Source: Acidobacteriota bacterium (GTDB lineage Bacteria > Acidobacteriota > UBA6911). Taken from it: a stretch of DNA of 64,000 nucleotides. A model generated the notes under the pieces. It did not search any database. It saw only the letters and a program-made list of their open reading frames with translations, and was not told the DNA's origin. The stretch is taken from NCBI GenBank assembly GCA_963664705.1, contig OY761556.1:2912001-2976000 (forward strand). The letters run 5' to 3'. Below, one piece after another: positions 1 through 10,698 of this stretch. The number at the start of each line of letters is the position of its first letter. The first letter of the stretch is position 1. The translations under genes and the position numbers were made by a program.

Positions 1-232
1 ATCCATCCCATCGCTTGACGGTCCGGCCGTTCATGTCGATGACAACCACCGCCTGCGTGCCCAAGAGAGAGAGCACGGTGTAGCCGTTCCATGCACCCGC
101 GGGCTCGTAAATCGTTGTACCGGTCGGAAACACCGAAGGGCCGGCTTGTCCCATCAGCGACAGCACCATCAGGGTAATTGCGGTGAGGCCAAGTGTCCTT
201 TGACTGATTTCGGGCAAAAATAATCGAATCAT
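1..232 (-). CDS. Aryl-sulfate sulfotransferase-like secreted protein, N-terminal part (runs off the window edge)
   Basis: Manual translation MIRLFLPE...GPSVFPTGTTIYEPAGAWNGYTVLS...VIDMNGRTVKRW resembles the ASST-family N-terminus; GGAG RBS upstream. Confidence 0.6.
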   Translation of the reverse strand, partial: MIRLFLPEISQRTLGLTAITLMVLSLMGQAGPSVFPTGTTIYEPAGAWNGYTVLSLLGTQAVVVIDMNGRTVKRWDG

Positions 233-768
233 GTCCGTCTCCTTTGGCAATCCGTACCTGGTTATATTGTCCCTTGGCACTCTTCCCATGTTCCCGGTTA
301 GGAATGGGCACCCAATGGCTCCACCACGCAGCCCTTGCCCGGTTTGACTACTGCTCCAGTGAATTGCAGGATCGTCCCGATTTCAAAATCAGTATGCCAA
401 AGCGGTCCCAGGAGTGAGCCTGTTTTTGACGGCGTGGCGGCGTCCAGAATTGTCAATCGCCATCCCGACCACATAGCCTCGATTATCGTCTAAGGGAGAG
501 TTTTTTGGCATCACATTAATGTCAAGACCTCGCTTTCTGACCCAGAGCCTTGGTTCGCAACCGCCCGAATTTGCGGGGCCAACAATTATTTGCCAACAAT
601 TATTTGGCGCCGGCCTTGTACATGAATGATCCGGCTGTTGGGCTGTCTGCAGGCGAACAAACCAATGACGGCCAGCGCGGCATGCGCTTCAAGGCATTTA
701 AAATCTCAATCCCGATGGCACTATCTTACATTGACGTATGACGCTCGATCCGAAGATGTGGCTTCCCT

Positions 769-800
769 GGTTGTCCGGATGTCGCGTTCCAGGAAGTATG
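769..800 (-). repeat. Palindromic cassette-boundary site, GAC class (the only GAC copy on the minus strand)
   Basis: Minus strand ACTTCCTGGA-ACGCGAC-ATCCGGAC; spacer at 781-787 is identical to those at 14834, 20930 and 24415. Confidence 0.55.
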
Positions 801-854
801 AAATTTTAATTTCATGGGGGATTCAAGGACATTCCGGGTGGCAATAAATTCGCC

Positions 855-1478
855 TTATTCTCCGGGCTGCGCGGGGTAGGTCAGTATCGACAAGCCGGTT
901 GCTATATCCGAGCGGTCTCGCCGCTTCGGGTGGGCGAGGTGAATCATATTTCTAAGTGGTTTTTCGCCTGTAGAAAAGGATCCGCTAATTGTTATCGAGA
1001 CGGAACTCCCGCAAGGATCATTGTCTTCGGTGCAGTATGTCCAGATTAAAACATCGATCTCCTGATTCGGCTTTGTTGTTATTGGCGTAACTGTATGTCC
1101 TAATTCACGCATCCAGAGAATAGATCGTTTTGGCTTTATCGAGAAAGAGAAGGTCTTTCGCGGACTCTCTATAATTCTGCCGGGCTCTGCACGACATACT
1201 GGGACCTTTGTTTTGAACGCCGTCACCCCGTCCAGCTGTGCTTCCAACACCATCGAAATTCCGGATCGTTCTGCACCCATTCCAGGGAGCCGCTCACAGA
1301 CAGCGGTAACAGCCCCCAAAAAAGTCAAGGCGGTGATCGGCAGTCGCGAGTTTAGAAGGGCTCTCAGCATGACGGCTTCCAGGGAGACAATTATTTCCAT
1401 ACTGTTAGACACACGAAAGTCACCGAAGGTTCCCACCATCTGAGTTGTCTTTGTCAAACGGCTCTGTCGAACCGTCAA
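855..1478 (-). CDS. Hypothetical protein (start uncertain)
   Basis: 207-aa ORF filling the interval; no recognised motif. Confidence 0.4.
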   Translation of the reverse strand: MTVRQSRLTKTTQMVGTFGDFRVSNSMEIIVSLEAVMLRALLNSRLPITALTFLGAVTAVCERLPGMGAERSGISMVLEAQLDGVTAFKTKVPVCRAEPGRIIESPRKTFSFSIKPKRSILWMRELGHTVTPITTKPNQEIDVLIWTYCTEDNDPCGSSVSITISGSFSTGEKPLRNMIHLAHPKRRDRSDIATGLSILTYPAQPGE

Positions 1479-1850
1479 ATATGTGCACGTATATCTTTAT
1501 GCTTATGGCTCGATGAATGAAGCAAAAGAACGCATGAAGGTGTATCCGGAGTTTTACAACAGCTTAATCACAGATCGTGTGATTCTCCGGGGCTTGCCCA
1601 AATCAACCTGTTTATGTTCGCGTTGGAATTGTGATATATAAGTTATTGAGGAATCCTGATGCGGAACTAGCGACAAACTCTAGACAACGTTGTTGGGCAA
1701 CCAACCGCTTCTATTTCGGTCGGTATGGCAGCTGTTGTCTTGTTGCGTCGCGCGCATGAGGATGTTTTGCTTTCGCACTCCGGATCCCCGCCAACCCAAC
1801 AGACACGCAATGCACCATGCTCCTCCGACCGCGATTCAGAAGGAGGTAGC

Positions 1851-3365
1851 GTGACATCCCGATTTATTCTTTTCGACAATGTGTCATACCGTTATGAGTC
1901 TATGCCCGAGCCATTATTGCACGGCCTCAGTATAAGTTTTCCGACAGGCTGGACGGGCGTTGTTGGAGCAAACGGCACAGGAAAGACTACGGTGTTGAAA
2001 CTAGCCTGCGGTCTGCTGAGGCCAAGAGCCGGATTGATACAATCACCAGGAAGTGCTTCTTATTGCGCCCAGCGCACCGATGACCTTCCTGAGTTGTTTT
2101 TATCGCTCATTGAAGCCCTCGATGGTCCAGCTTGCGAGTTAAAAGGACGATTGGGCGTGCAAAGTGATTGGGGCCGGCGCTGGGACTCCCTCAGTCATGG
2201 CGAACGGAAGCGCGCACAGATAGCCGTCGCGCTCTGGCAGCAGCCGGCGGCGCTGGCGCTGGACGAACCCACCAACCATATCGATGTGGATGCGCGTGCA
2301 ATGCTCATCTCGGCTCTGCAAGACTATCGGGGGATCGGCCTGTTGGTAAGCCACGACCGTGATCTTCTTGACTCCTTGTGCCAACGCTGTCTCTTCCTTA
2401 ATCCGCCCGAGGCGGTCTTGCGCCAGGGCAACTACTCGTCCGGACGCCGCGAATTGACCCGGGAGGAGGAGCATGCACGGGACCTGAAGGAGCTTGCGAA
2501 GCAGCAGGTTGCGCGCTTGAAAACAGAAGTCGATAGGCGTGCTTCAAAAGCGCGGAACGCCGATCGCAGGCGTTCAAAAAGGGACTTGGATTTGAGAGAT
2601 CATGACGGGCGCAGGCGAATCGATTTCGCGCGATTGAGCGGAGTGGATGCTCATGCCGGCAAGTTGGCGAGGCAAATGCAATCCCGGCTGAACCGGGCTC
2701 GTCGTGTCGCAGAGGGAATCAATATCCGGAAACGATACGAACTTGGGATCTGGATTGAGGGAGAATGTTGCAGGCGTGACACACTATTCAGATTGGGCGC
2801 AGGCACTCTTCTGCTTGGAGGAGACCATAAACTCAGCCACCCTGACCTGACCATGCTGCCGTCAGATCGCATAGCCCTAACCGGCGCCAATGGGACGGGG
2901 AAAAGTACGCTCGTGTGCCGCATCCTGAACACAATCGATCTGCCGCCAGAGCGGCTGACCTACCTGCCCCAGGAGGTCGATGTAAAATCCTCCTGTAAAG
3001 TTTTGGCAGACATCCGGCGCCAACCGCCTGAAACGCTCGGGAAGATCATGAATGTGGTTAGCAGGCTCGGCTCGCGGCCGGATGCCTTACTGGACAGTGT
3101 CGAGCCTAGTCCGGGTGAACTTCGAAAGCTATTGCTGGCCATTGGTATCGCCTTGCGGCCCTATCTAATCATTATGGATGAACCGACCAATCACCTTGAT
3201 CTGCCTTCGATTGAGTGCCTGGAGGAAGCGCTAGCCGACTGTCCCTGTGGTCTGTTGCTGGTCAGTCATGACGGGCAGTTTCTGCGGCGACTTACGCAAA
3301 TACGCTGGCATATCACTCGAGTGGCATCCGATGAGCCTAATCAGATGCTGCTGAGCGTAACCTAA
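1851..3365 (+). CDS. ABC-F family ATPase (two ABC domains, no transmembrane segment)
   Basis: Two Walker A motifs (GANGTGKT, GANGTGKS), two DEPTNH motifs, VSHD, charged linker; GTG start at 1851 after AGGAGG. Confidence 0.9.
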   Translation: MTSRFILFDNVSYRYESMPEPLLHGLSISFPTGWTGVVGANGTGKTTVLKLACGLLRPRAGLIQSPGSASYCAQRTDDLPELFLSLIEALDGPACELKGRLGVQSDWGRRWDSLSHGERKRAQIAVALWQQPAALALDEPTNHIDVDARAMLISALQDYRGIGLLVSHDRDLLDSLCQRCLFLNPPEAVLRQGNYSSGRRELTREEEHARDLKELAKQQVARLKTEVDRRASKARNADRRRSKRDLDLRDHDGRRRIDFARLSGVDAHAGKLARQMQSRLNRARRVAEGINIRKRYELGIWIEGECCRRDTLFRLGAGTLLLGGDHKLSHPDLTMLPSDRIALTGANGTGKSTLVCRILNTIDLPPERLTYLPQEVDVKSSCKVLADIRRQPPETLGKIMNVVSRLGSRPDALLDSVEPSPGELRKLLLAIGIALRPYLIIMDEPTNHLDLPSIECLEEALADCPCGLLLVSHDGQFLRRLTQIRWHITRVASDEPNQMLLSVT

Positions 3366-3409
3366 CCCCATTTTCACAGCCTGTAAGAAGCGCCGGAGGA
3401 ATTTAAAAT

Positions 3410-3426
3410 CTAAGACTTCGCGGGAC
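3410..3426 (+). repeat. Degenerate boundary site (spacer plus R-arm), GAC class
   Basis: CTAAGAC-TTCGCGGGA; L-arm not recognisable. Confidence 0.4.
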
Positions 3427-3616
3427 TTGGCTCCGTCCTTTATGCCCTGAGGCTTCCAAAGAGTCGATCATGATTGTGCTGGCTACGAGAGATCGTCTCA
3501 TTGATAATTACTTGCAGCATACACCGCCGGCACGCGCGTGAAGATGTCGACTACTTTGCGGGCTGCAGACGAGTATTGGCCATTGTTGGTTAGCAGGAAC
3601 CTTAGCGAGGACGACC

Positions 3617-5098
3617 GTGAGAACGTTAGGATTGAGCGTGATCTTCCTGGTGTGGGGAGCATTTGTTCAGGCAGGGGACTTCGATCGAAAAGCGTGGTTG
3701 AGTGACTATGCGAGATTGAAGCAGGCCTTAGAGAAGAGCTATTCGAACCTCGCATGGTTTGCTTCGCCTGAGGGAGGAGTAGACTTGCCCGCTCTCGATA
3801 GACGCACCTTGGCAGCTTTGAAGGCTGCCGGCAGCGACGAAGACGCTCGAAGCGCCATTCTCACTTTTGTCCGGGGTTTTCACGACGGCCATTTCTCACA
3901 ACTTGCAATGCTTGCTCCTGCCTCCAGCGCTCATAACGCCATACCTGACGATCCAGTCTATGCGCGGCAGGATGCCGCCAGCGGTTGCGCCGCGCTGGGT
4001 TATGCACCCAATGGAAGCGTCGCCTTCTCACTAAAATTTGAATCACTGCCAGGCTTTTCCCTTTTAGAAGATGGAATCTCACAACCGTTTCGTGCAGGAA
4101 TCCTGACGTCCGGAACTCCGCCCGTCCGCCTCGGGATCGTGCGAATACCGCGTTTCGAGGCAACATCCCATCCAAGCGTTTGCATGGAAGCATGGCTGAG
4201 GAGCGACGTTTGGAACGAGCAAGGAAAATTCGTCGGCAGTGCGCTGGCCCAGGCGGCCGGACAGAATTGGTACCAGGCGTTAGCGACTATCCTGCATCGA
4301 TTTAAAACCCTGGGAGCAGCAGCAGTCATGGTGGACATCAGCAATAATTCAGGCGGCGATGATTCGGGGGATATCGCGGCCCGGCTTTTCACTGCCATCC
4401 CGCTCCATTCTGCGCCCTTATGGATGAGCCAAGACCCCAAGTCGTCCATGGAGTACTTCGACGAACAGATGCAGGCATTGAACCACATACTTGAGATCGA
4501 CTCGCAAAATGTCCAAGCGAAGGAATCTCTCTCCCGTTTCACTTCACAAAAAGCCAAGCTATCCAGGGCGAATTGTGCGATGGATTGGGTATGGCGGGAG
4601 CAGCGCTCGTGGAAAGCGCAAACGTGCCGGAGGCTCCTCGAAGCGGGATCGGCGGGTGGGCCGCTTTCCTATCTTCCGCTCAACAGTGGCACGGATCCGC
4701 GTGTTGCCTACGATCTCCACTGGCCGGCAATGGTGACATCGTACTGGGGATCCTGGAGCGGACCACTCTACGTGCTCACTAACTCCCGAACCTATTCTGC
4801 TGCCGAAATGTTCGCGGCCGTTCTGCAGAACAATCATGCCGCAAAAATCATTGGAGGCCGGACGGGCGGGGATGGCTGCGGTTTCATGAACAGTCCTGAA
4901 CCGGTCACGCTTCCGCACTCAGGGTTGCGCTTCCGCGTCCCAAACTGCGTTCGCATCCGAGTCGACGGAACCGATGAAGTCGCTGGGATCCAACCCGACA
5001 TTCCCGTCCTGCAGGCGGCAGGAGAAAATTCGCGCGCATTTGCCGCGCGAGTCCTGGACCAGTTGCTGGCCGACCTGCAACGGAACCAGGCAAAATGA
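3617..5098 (+). CDS. Secreted S41 family peptidase
   Basis: Signal peptide; DGHF, DISNNSGG, TYSAAEMFAA and GIQPDI motifs. Confidence 0.85.
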   Translation: MRTLGLSVIFLVWGAFVQAGDFDRKAWLSDYARLKQALEKSYSNLAWFASPEGGVDLPALDRRTLAALKAAGSDEDARSAILTFVRGFHDGHFSQLAMLAPASSAHNAIPDDPVYARQDAASGCAALGYAPNGSVAFSLKFESLPGFSLLEDGISQPFRAGILTSGTPPVRLGIVRIPRFEATSHPSVCMEAWLRSDVWNEQGKFVGSALAQAAGQNWYQALATILHRFKTLGAAAVMVDISNNSGGDDSGDIAARLFTAIPLHSAPLWMSQDPKSSMEYFDEQMQALNHILEIDSQNVQAKESLSRFTSQKAKLSRANCAMDWVWREQRSWKAQTCRRLLEAGSAGGPLSYLPLNSGTDPRVAYDLHWPAMVTSYWGSWSGPLYVLTNSRTYSAAEMFAAVLQNNHAAKIIGGRTGGDGCGFMNSPEPVTLPHSGLRFRVPNCVRIRVDGTDEVAGIQPDIPVLQAAGENSRAFAARVLDQLLADLQRNQAK

Positions 5099-5473
5099 TC
5101 GGCTCAATGCGCGAGAAATTCGTGGGATTCGTCTTAAGAATGCTTCACCTAATCTTCCGTCCTGCGTTCCACTCGCAAACTCCAACGCAAGCGTAAAAAC
5201 CAGCGGTCGTTCTAGCGGCCAACATTCTGGCGCAATTTTTCATATTGGGACTGCGGGACAATTGCATTGTGATTCCGAGACATTTGCCCTCCAGGGAGGA
5301 TCTCCGGACCCGAAACGAGATTTTGTATCCTGCAGAAACTTGGCTATGGAGTAGATGCAATATTCGATTCTATTTGCTCTTGAATTTTTCAATCATATGA
5401 TGATAAGTCCCAATTTACGACCATCCTGGAAACGCAAACCGCAGTAGAATGCAGTGTGGTCGGCAGCAGATAT

Positions 5474-5512
5474 ACATTTTGGCGTTATCTCCCACGAGGG
5501 GACTTTTTAGGA
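5474..5512 (+). repeat. Palindromic boundary site, GAC class
   Basis: ACATTTTGGCGTTATCTCCCACG-AGGGGAC-TTTTTAGGA (spacer 5497-5503). Confidence 0.75.
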
Positions 5513-5552
5513 TTTGCAGGCCCCCTTCATCTACATCGAGATCGGATAGGAG

Positions 5553-5945
5553 ATGAATATGAAAAAGGTAGCACTGCTGATACTGCTTGTTGCGCTGCCG
5601 TCCTACGCACAAGAAAAGAAGGGGCCGATAATGGAGAAGGCTCTTGTGCTATCGCAGCAATTAGGCGGCCTGCCTGGCTGGCTCACGCCACGGACTCCCT
5701 CGCCAGAGATGCTGGCACACGGCAACATGATGCCCCTGGGATCGAAGTCGCGCTTGGTCAATATTCTGCGGGTGCGGGTTGGGAACCTGGAAATGACATG
5801 GAGGGAAGAAGGAAAATTCGCGGTTCTCTGTCGGCCCAATGAGGCAATCCAGTTCTACCGCGATGGCGAGGTGATGGTTGTGACCGACAGCGCGAAGATA
5901 AAGCATAATTTCTGGGTGGTGGTTAGAAGGAAGCTGCCCCAATAA
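5553..5945 (+). CDS. Secreted hypothetical protein
   Basis: AGGAG RBS; signal peptide MNMKKVALLILLVALPSYA; stop codon lies within CCCCAATAA. Confidence 0.75.
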   Translation: MNMKKVALLILLVALPSYAQEKKGPIMEKALVLSQQLGGLPGWLTPRTPSPEMLAHGNMMPLGSKSRLVNILRVRVGNLEMTWREEGKFAVLCRPNEAIQFYRDGEVMVVTDSAKIKHNFWVVVRRKLPQ

Positions 5946-5984
5946 AAAAAGGAGCGGATAGCTTAACATGAACTCCAATGAGTT

Positions 5985-7082
5985 TTATGGCAAATTGCCG
6001 ATAAAAGCCTTCATTTCCTTCAGCACTTCTGCTTCGTTTGAAATATAGATTCCATGTTCGGCATTGGGCCAAACTATAACCTTCGCAGACGGAATCTTTT
6101 TCTTGATTGCTTCGAGGATTTTTTCGTTGGCCACGACGGATTTTTGGGCATAAAGTGCCAGCAAAGGCACCTTAATATCTGTATATTTCCGCCATCCGAC
6201 ATACATCAATAAAACTGGGGTTGGCGCCTTAGCGGCTTTAAGATTCTCAATGCTGCGCTTTGTGATCTCAGTGAATTGATCCGAATAGGATTCATCATAA
6301 AAAGCATACATCCATGCCGCATCAAGATAAACCAGCCCGGCTAACTTTTTGGGGTGTCGGGATGCTACCGAGCTCAATTCCTCACCTGCCAAAGAGTGCC
6401 CCACAAGCACCGGGCGTTTAAGCCTGAGAGCTTTAATCACAGCAAACACATCGTCTCCCAATCGATCAGCGTCATATCCGGCTAGGGGAATGCTGGATTC
6501 TCCAAATCCACGCCTGGAAATTCCATAGACATGATACCCCGCACTGACAAGCTTGGGCGCAAACTTGTCGAATGTGTGGGCATCATTGCCTGCACCCGCC
6601 AACAGAATCAACGCCTTCCCGGAACCACCCCAATCCAATACCTCCAATCTTACATTTGTATCAACCTTGATGAACTGCACGCGGTGGTTGCCTTCATCTG
6701 TCTTCCATTCATTATCCTTGTTTGCACGCTGGAGGCTGATCGGGACAGATAATTGATTCCATTTGTATATCCCGTTAAAGACAGTCCCATCCAGGCTTAA
6801 CCTTCCCTCATAGGATCCTTTTCCATCATCCCAGATAAGTTTGATATTGGGATCCAGCCAATCTATCGAATCCATTATTAGCGACTGTGGTATCGGATCC
6901 AGGGAATATGCCTTGCCTGCCCAGGCGCCGGAGTAGCCCTTGTATATTTTCAACACAATGCGGGATTCCTGAGGACCAAATTTGAGCTTTGTTTGCCAAT
7001 TCCCAGAAATGTCCTGCCGGCTGAATGAAAGCTGCGTGATCAGCAATATTCCAAGGAGAGTGGCCAAACGAATTACTTTCAT
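5985..7082 (-). CDS. Secreted alpha/beta hydrolase with an N-terminal beta domain
   Basis: Signal peptide; VLDWGGSG, RRGFGES, GHSLAG nucleophile elbow, C-terminal His. Confidence 0.9.
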   Translation of the reverse strand: MKVIRLATLLGILLITQLSFSRQDISGNWQTKLKFGPQESRIVLKIYKGYSGAWAGKAYSLDPIPQSLIMDSIDWLDPNIKLIWDDGKGSYEGRLSLDGTVFNGIYKWNQLSVPISLQRANKDNEWKTDEGNHRVQFIKVDTNVRLEVLDWGGSGKALILLAGAGNDAHTFDKFAPKLVSAGYHVYGISRRGFGESSIPLAGYDADRLGDDVFAVIKALRLKRPVLVGHSLAGEELSSVASRHPKKLAGLVYLDAAWMYAFYDESYSDQFTEITKRSIENLKAAKAPTPVLLMYVGWRKYTDIKVPLLALYAQKSVVANEKILEAIKKKIPSAKVIVWPNAEHGIYISNEAEVLKEMKAFIGNLP

Positions 7083-7532
7083 GATAGCTCCTTTATCTAA
7101 GAATGCGGTCGTCCAACTGTTCCTGAGAATGTGATTGCCCTATTCCTATATCTTATGGAATTCACAGTCAAACATTAACATGAATGGGATCAGTTCATTC
7201 TGTTATGGTTTCGCTGGAATCCATGAATCCCTACTAGACCGCTTGAAACAGAGAGTGAAGCTGTTCAATCTGCGAAAGGTACCCTTGATTTTGACTACCA
7301 TGATTCCAAGGAGGATGTGGCAATCAGTCCTGACTGACCTTGGATAAGGGCTCTTGTGTGGGTTCCTGAGGAATGGCTGGAAGCGGAGAAATAAAAAATA
7401 TTCATTTCGGTCTAGCGAAAGCTGCCACTCAATGTAGCTTTAACTTTTGCAATCAAGTCCTTATCATGACGCAGACAAGGGACTGTCACGGCGCTACACC
7501 GAAAAGCGGGAAATCAAATCAGGGCATGAATT

Positions 7533-7949
7533 ATGAAATCAGATCTCCAGCAGAAAGAAATCGAATCAGCAATAGATCAGGCCCACGCAAACGCACAATC
7601 CACTTTTGATGAAAAAAATCTGGATCGCTACATGGCAGGATTCTCTCGGAATTTGGTTTACAAACAACTAAATGGAAAGATCATTAAGTGGGAGCAGCTA
7701 AGAAAGGATGTAGCCTCTCAGTTTGCCCGGCTTTCAAAGGTGGAATCCAAATTTATCCGCGAAAGAATTGAATACAAGGGATCGAATGTTGTCGAATACG
7801 TCACTCAGAATGCTACCGCTGAGGAGAGAGTATTTTTCGTATTCAAACGGATCTGGCGGATTCGCCGTCGCGGTATTTATACGTGGTCTAAGGTCAATTC
7901 CGAATGGGTGATTTCGAAAGTCGACGTTTTGGAAGAGAATATCCGATAA
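7533..7949 (+). CDS. NTF2-like / DUF4440-type protein
   Basis: 138 aa with a SnoaL/NTF2-like pattern ending in W-x-I-x-K-V. Confidence 0.6.
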   Translation: MKSDLQQKEIESAIDQAHANAQSTFDEKNLDRYMAGFSRNLVYKQLNGKIIKWEQLRKDVASQFARLSKVESKFIRERIEYKGSNVVEYVTQNATAEERVFFVFKRIWRIRRRGIYTWSKVNSEWVISKVDVLEENIR

Positions 7950-8062
7950 CCGTTGTGAATTTGAGAAAACTCAAACCAGAGCTGTACAGAGTGCCGCAGG
8001 AATGAATTTCACCTTCTTGAAGCAACATCCTGGCCGAGATGAGTGGATTGGTTGTCTTGTCT

Positions 8063-8488
8063 CTATTTGTCCGGTTGCTCGGTCATCAGTCCCCAACGAA
8101 ATCCAAACCTGTCGATAAAAGATACCGTACAGGAACTATAGGTCGTACTTCTCATTGGAACAAGTGTGGTACTACCTTCGGCAAGGATCCCATAGGCTCT
8201 CTGCACTTGTTCTTTCGTCTCGAACGTAATCGTCAGGAAAAATGAAGTGCCTTTGATCAGTTCAAATTCGATTATATCGGAAAACATCAATCGTTGGGAT
8301 CCGATCTTCATTTCCGCATGATAGACCATATCCTTCTGTTTCTCGGTCAACGGTCCGTCCCAATCTTGTTTTTTTGCGTCAGAATAATGAAGAATAAAAT
8401 CTGCTTTCGTTACAAATGCTTTTTCGTACAGGTGAATGGCTTCTTCACAATTCCCTTGAAGATTGATGACCGGAGTAACAATAGGCAT
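8063..8488 (-). CDS. VOC family PhnB-like protein
   Basis: GNCEEAIHLYEKAF, VYHAEM and DRFGFRW motifs; AGGAG RBS before the ATG at 8488. Confidence 0.9.
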   Translation of the reverse strand: MPIVTPVINLQGNCEEAIHLYEKAFVTKADFILHYSDAKKQDWDGPLTEKQKDMVYHAEMKIGSQRLMFSDIIEFELIKGTSFFLTITFETKEQVQRAYGILAEGSTTLVPMRSTTYSSCTVSFIDRFGFRWGLMTEQPDK

Positions 8489-8579
8489 ATGGGTTATCTC
8501 CTGTAGCAATTTGGGGACATACTCAATCCTGTGTGAAGCCTATGTCAAGATCATTCAGTTTCGTTGATTATAACCATAC

Positions 8580-10541
8580 CTAATATCTCCCAATCAGCCT
8601 TGAAGCCGCATATGCGGTGCTGGTTGCATAAAGGATGTTTGCGGTTTTCCGGCATTCGCCGATCATGTGAAATTCCTTTGCGCAGCGGCTGAATTTCAAG
8701 GCTTCATCATGGAGCGGTTTCATACCAACGGCATATATCACCGCGTCGGCGGCATAAAATACCTCGCCATCCGGGCCCTGGCATTTTACGCCGTCATGGG
8801 TGATCTCAACAGCCTTCGTATTAAAGTAGATTGGTATATTTTTCTGAGCTACCCTATCGCAAATGGCCATCTTGTGCGTGCTGTTGCCACCGTCGCTGAT
8901 ATCACCGAGCATTTCAGCGATTTCGGCGTCGATTCCTAAGTCTTTGAGATAAATGGCCAGCTCTGTACCGGCAAAACCAGCCCCGAGAATAACAACTCTC
9001 CCTTTAACAAGCGACGGGTTTTTGTACACATCCATCGCCTGATACACGTTAGGGTTGTTGATCCCTGGGATGCTCGGCGTTACCGGGGCTGAACCGACAG
9101 CCGCAATAATGACGTCCGGGCTTTCCATCTGCGCGTATTCCAGCGTCACCTCCGTATTCAGCCTCAGATCAATATTCGATTTCGCTATCAGCGCTCGCTG
9201 CAGCAGTATGTAATGATGCAAATCCTGCTTAAACGACACTTCGGCTTCGCACAGGATTCCTCCGCCGAGTTCGCTGCTCTTTTCACACAAAACCACGTCA
9301 TGCCCGTTTTTACTCGCGGTTATAGCCGCCTGCATTCCGGCGATACCGCCGCCGATCACGAGCACACGCTGCTTTAATGGCGTGGGAAGGGCCCTGTACA
9401 CCTCGCGTTCTCGGCCTATTTCGGGGTTGATGGCGCAAATGAGCTCGCCGTGAAACACGCCATTGGCAAAACAGCTTAGGCAGCGCATACATCTGCGTAT
9501 TTCATCGACAAGACCGCGCCGCACCTTATTCGGGAACTCGGGGTCGCAGACAAGCGCACGGCCCATATAAATAATATCCGCTTTCCCCGTTGCCAGGATT
9601 TGCTCCATTTGATAAGGGTCGCTCAGGCCGCCGACAGTAGCGACGAGAGATTTTCTGACATGCTTTTTGACTTCCGCCGCGTATTCGACGTTGACGCCAT
9701 GTGGATAAAACATGCTGACGTGGGTGCGCGAGAATGTTTCGGCCCCGAATCTATTGATCGCGCCAACTGAGACATGGATGATATCCGCGTGCCCGTCGAG
9801 CTGCTCGGCGATTCGGCAGCCTTCGTCAATGCCGTAGCCGTCCTTGACTATTTCGCTGCCGCTGATTCGAATTTCCACGGGAAAATCCTGGCCGCAGCGC
9901 TGCTTGATTTGATCGATTGCCATGACTGCGAAGCGGCAGCGGTTTTCCGTACTGCCGCCCCATCGGTCAGTTCTGGTGTTTAAGGCCGGCGACATAAACT
10001 GCTGCAGGCCGAAGCCATGGGCGCCATGCAGGCATATCATTTCAAAACCGGCATTTTTCGCGGCAAATGCCGCATTTCCAAACTCGCCTATAATCTGGAG
10101 GATTTTCTCTTCAGGCATTGCGGCGATTTTTTTGCCGAATGGCTGGTCCATGTCGACCGGCCCCCAGGCGGGTTTATCGCCTCCCGTATACATACGGGCA
10201 TGGATGCCCGCAAAGCACAGCTCTAAGACAGGGACAGCACCCTGACGTTTTACCGCGCTTGCCAGTCGCGCGTAGTTATAATTGCTCATCCGGGTGATCT
10301 CACGGGGATACCGCCCTTCCCGATAATCTTCAGGGTCCACATCGGCTTCTCCGTACGTAACTGCCGCCGCACCGCCCATCGCCTTCCTTTCAAAATATGC
10401 GACCGCCTCAAGCGAAGGTTGACCATCGGGTATAATTTCAGCCGAGTTAACCGGTGCAGCGAACATCCTGTTACGGAATAGTACATTCCCTATTTTCAGT
10501 GGAGATATCAGGTGCGAAAACGATTCAAATGCATTTACCAT
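8580..10541 (-). CDS. NADH:flavin oxidoreductase (OYE barrel + 4Fe-4S + FAD/NAD domain; 2,4-dienoyl-CoA reductase/BaiCD-like)
   Basis: HGAHGF, RTDRWGGS, CMRCLSC...C, GGGIAG and GAGFAG motifs. Confidence 0.92.
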   Translation of the reverse strand: MVNAFESFSHLISPLKIGNVLFRNRMFAAPVNSAEIIPDGQPSLEAVAYFERKAMGGAAAVTYGEADVDPEDYREGRYPREITRMSNYNYARLASAVKRQGAVPVLELCFAGIHARMYTGGDKPAWGPVDMDQPFGKKIAAMPEEKILQIIGEFGNAAFAAKNAGFEMICLHGAHGFGLQQFMSPALNTRTDRWGGSTENRCRFAVMAIDQIKQRCGQDFPVEIRISGSEIVKDGYGIDEGCRIAEQLDGHADIIHVSVGAINRFGAETFSRTHVSMFYPHGVNVEYAAEVKKHVRKSLVATVGGLSDPYQMEQILATGKADIIYMGRALVCDPEFPNKVRRGLVDEIRRCMRCLSCFANGVFHGELICAINPEIGREREVYRALPTPLKQRVLVIGGGIAGMQAAITASKNGHDVVLCEKSSELGGGILCEAEVSFKQDLHHYILLQRALIAKSNIDLRLNTEVTLEYAQMESPDVIIAAVGSAPVTPSIPGINNPNVYQAMDVYKNPSLVKGRVVILGAGFAGTELAIYLKDLGIDAEIAEMLGDISDGGNSTHKMAICDRVAQKNIPIYFNTKAVEITHDGVKCQGPDGEVFYAADAVIYAVGMKPLHDEALKFSRCAKEFHMIGECRKTANILYATSTAYAASRLIGRY

Positions 10542-10566
10542 GGTAAATCACCCTCCCTTTTTTAAA

Positions 10567-10698
10567 AATGAAGCTCCCCGCAACCTGCGGTGGGGTATCA
10601 AGCGGAATTCGTCAATAGCCAACCCTCCTTCCCTTTTCGAGTTACGGCGGGTTCACATTGCCATTCATCCCTGCGGCAAGCCACAGGGTATTCTGCAA
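10567..10698. repeat. Short two-hairpin element, possibly an IS200/IS605-type non-autonomous remnant
   Basis: GAAGCTCCCCGC..GTGGGGTATC and ATTCATCCCTGCGGCAAGCCACAGGGTATTC hairpins. Confidence 0.5.

Noticed and set aside
8491-8524. Weak site-like palindrome overlapping the VOC gene RBS (similar weak candidates at ~522, ~7120, ~12565, ~14221, ~19425, ~26078)
   Set aside because: Only one arm is present or spacer length is wrong; cannot be separated from chance without a PWM
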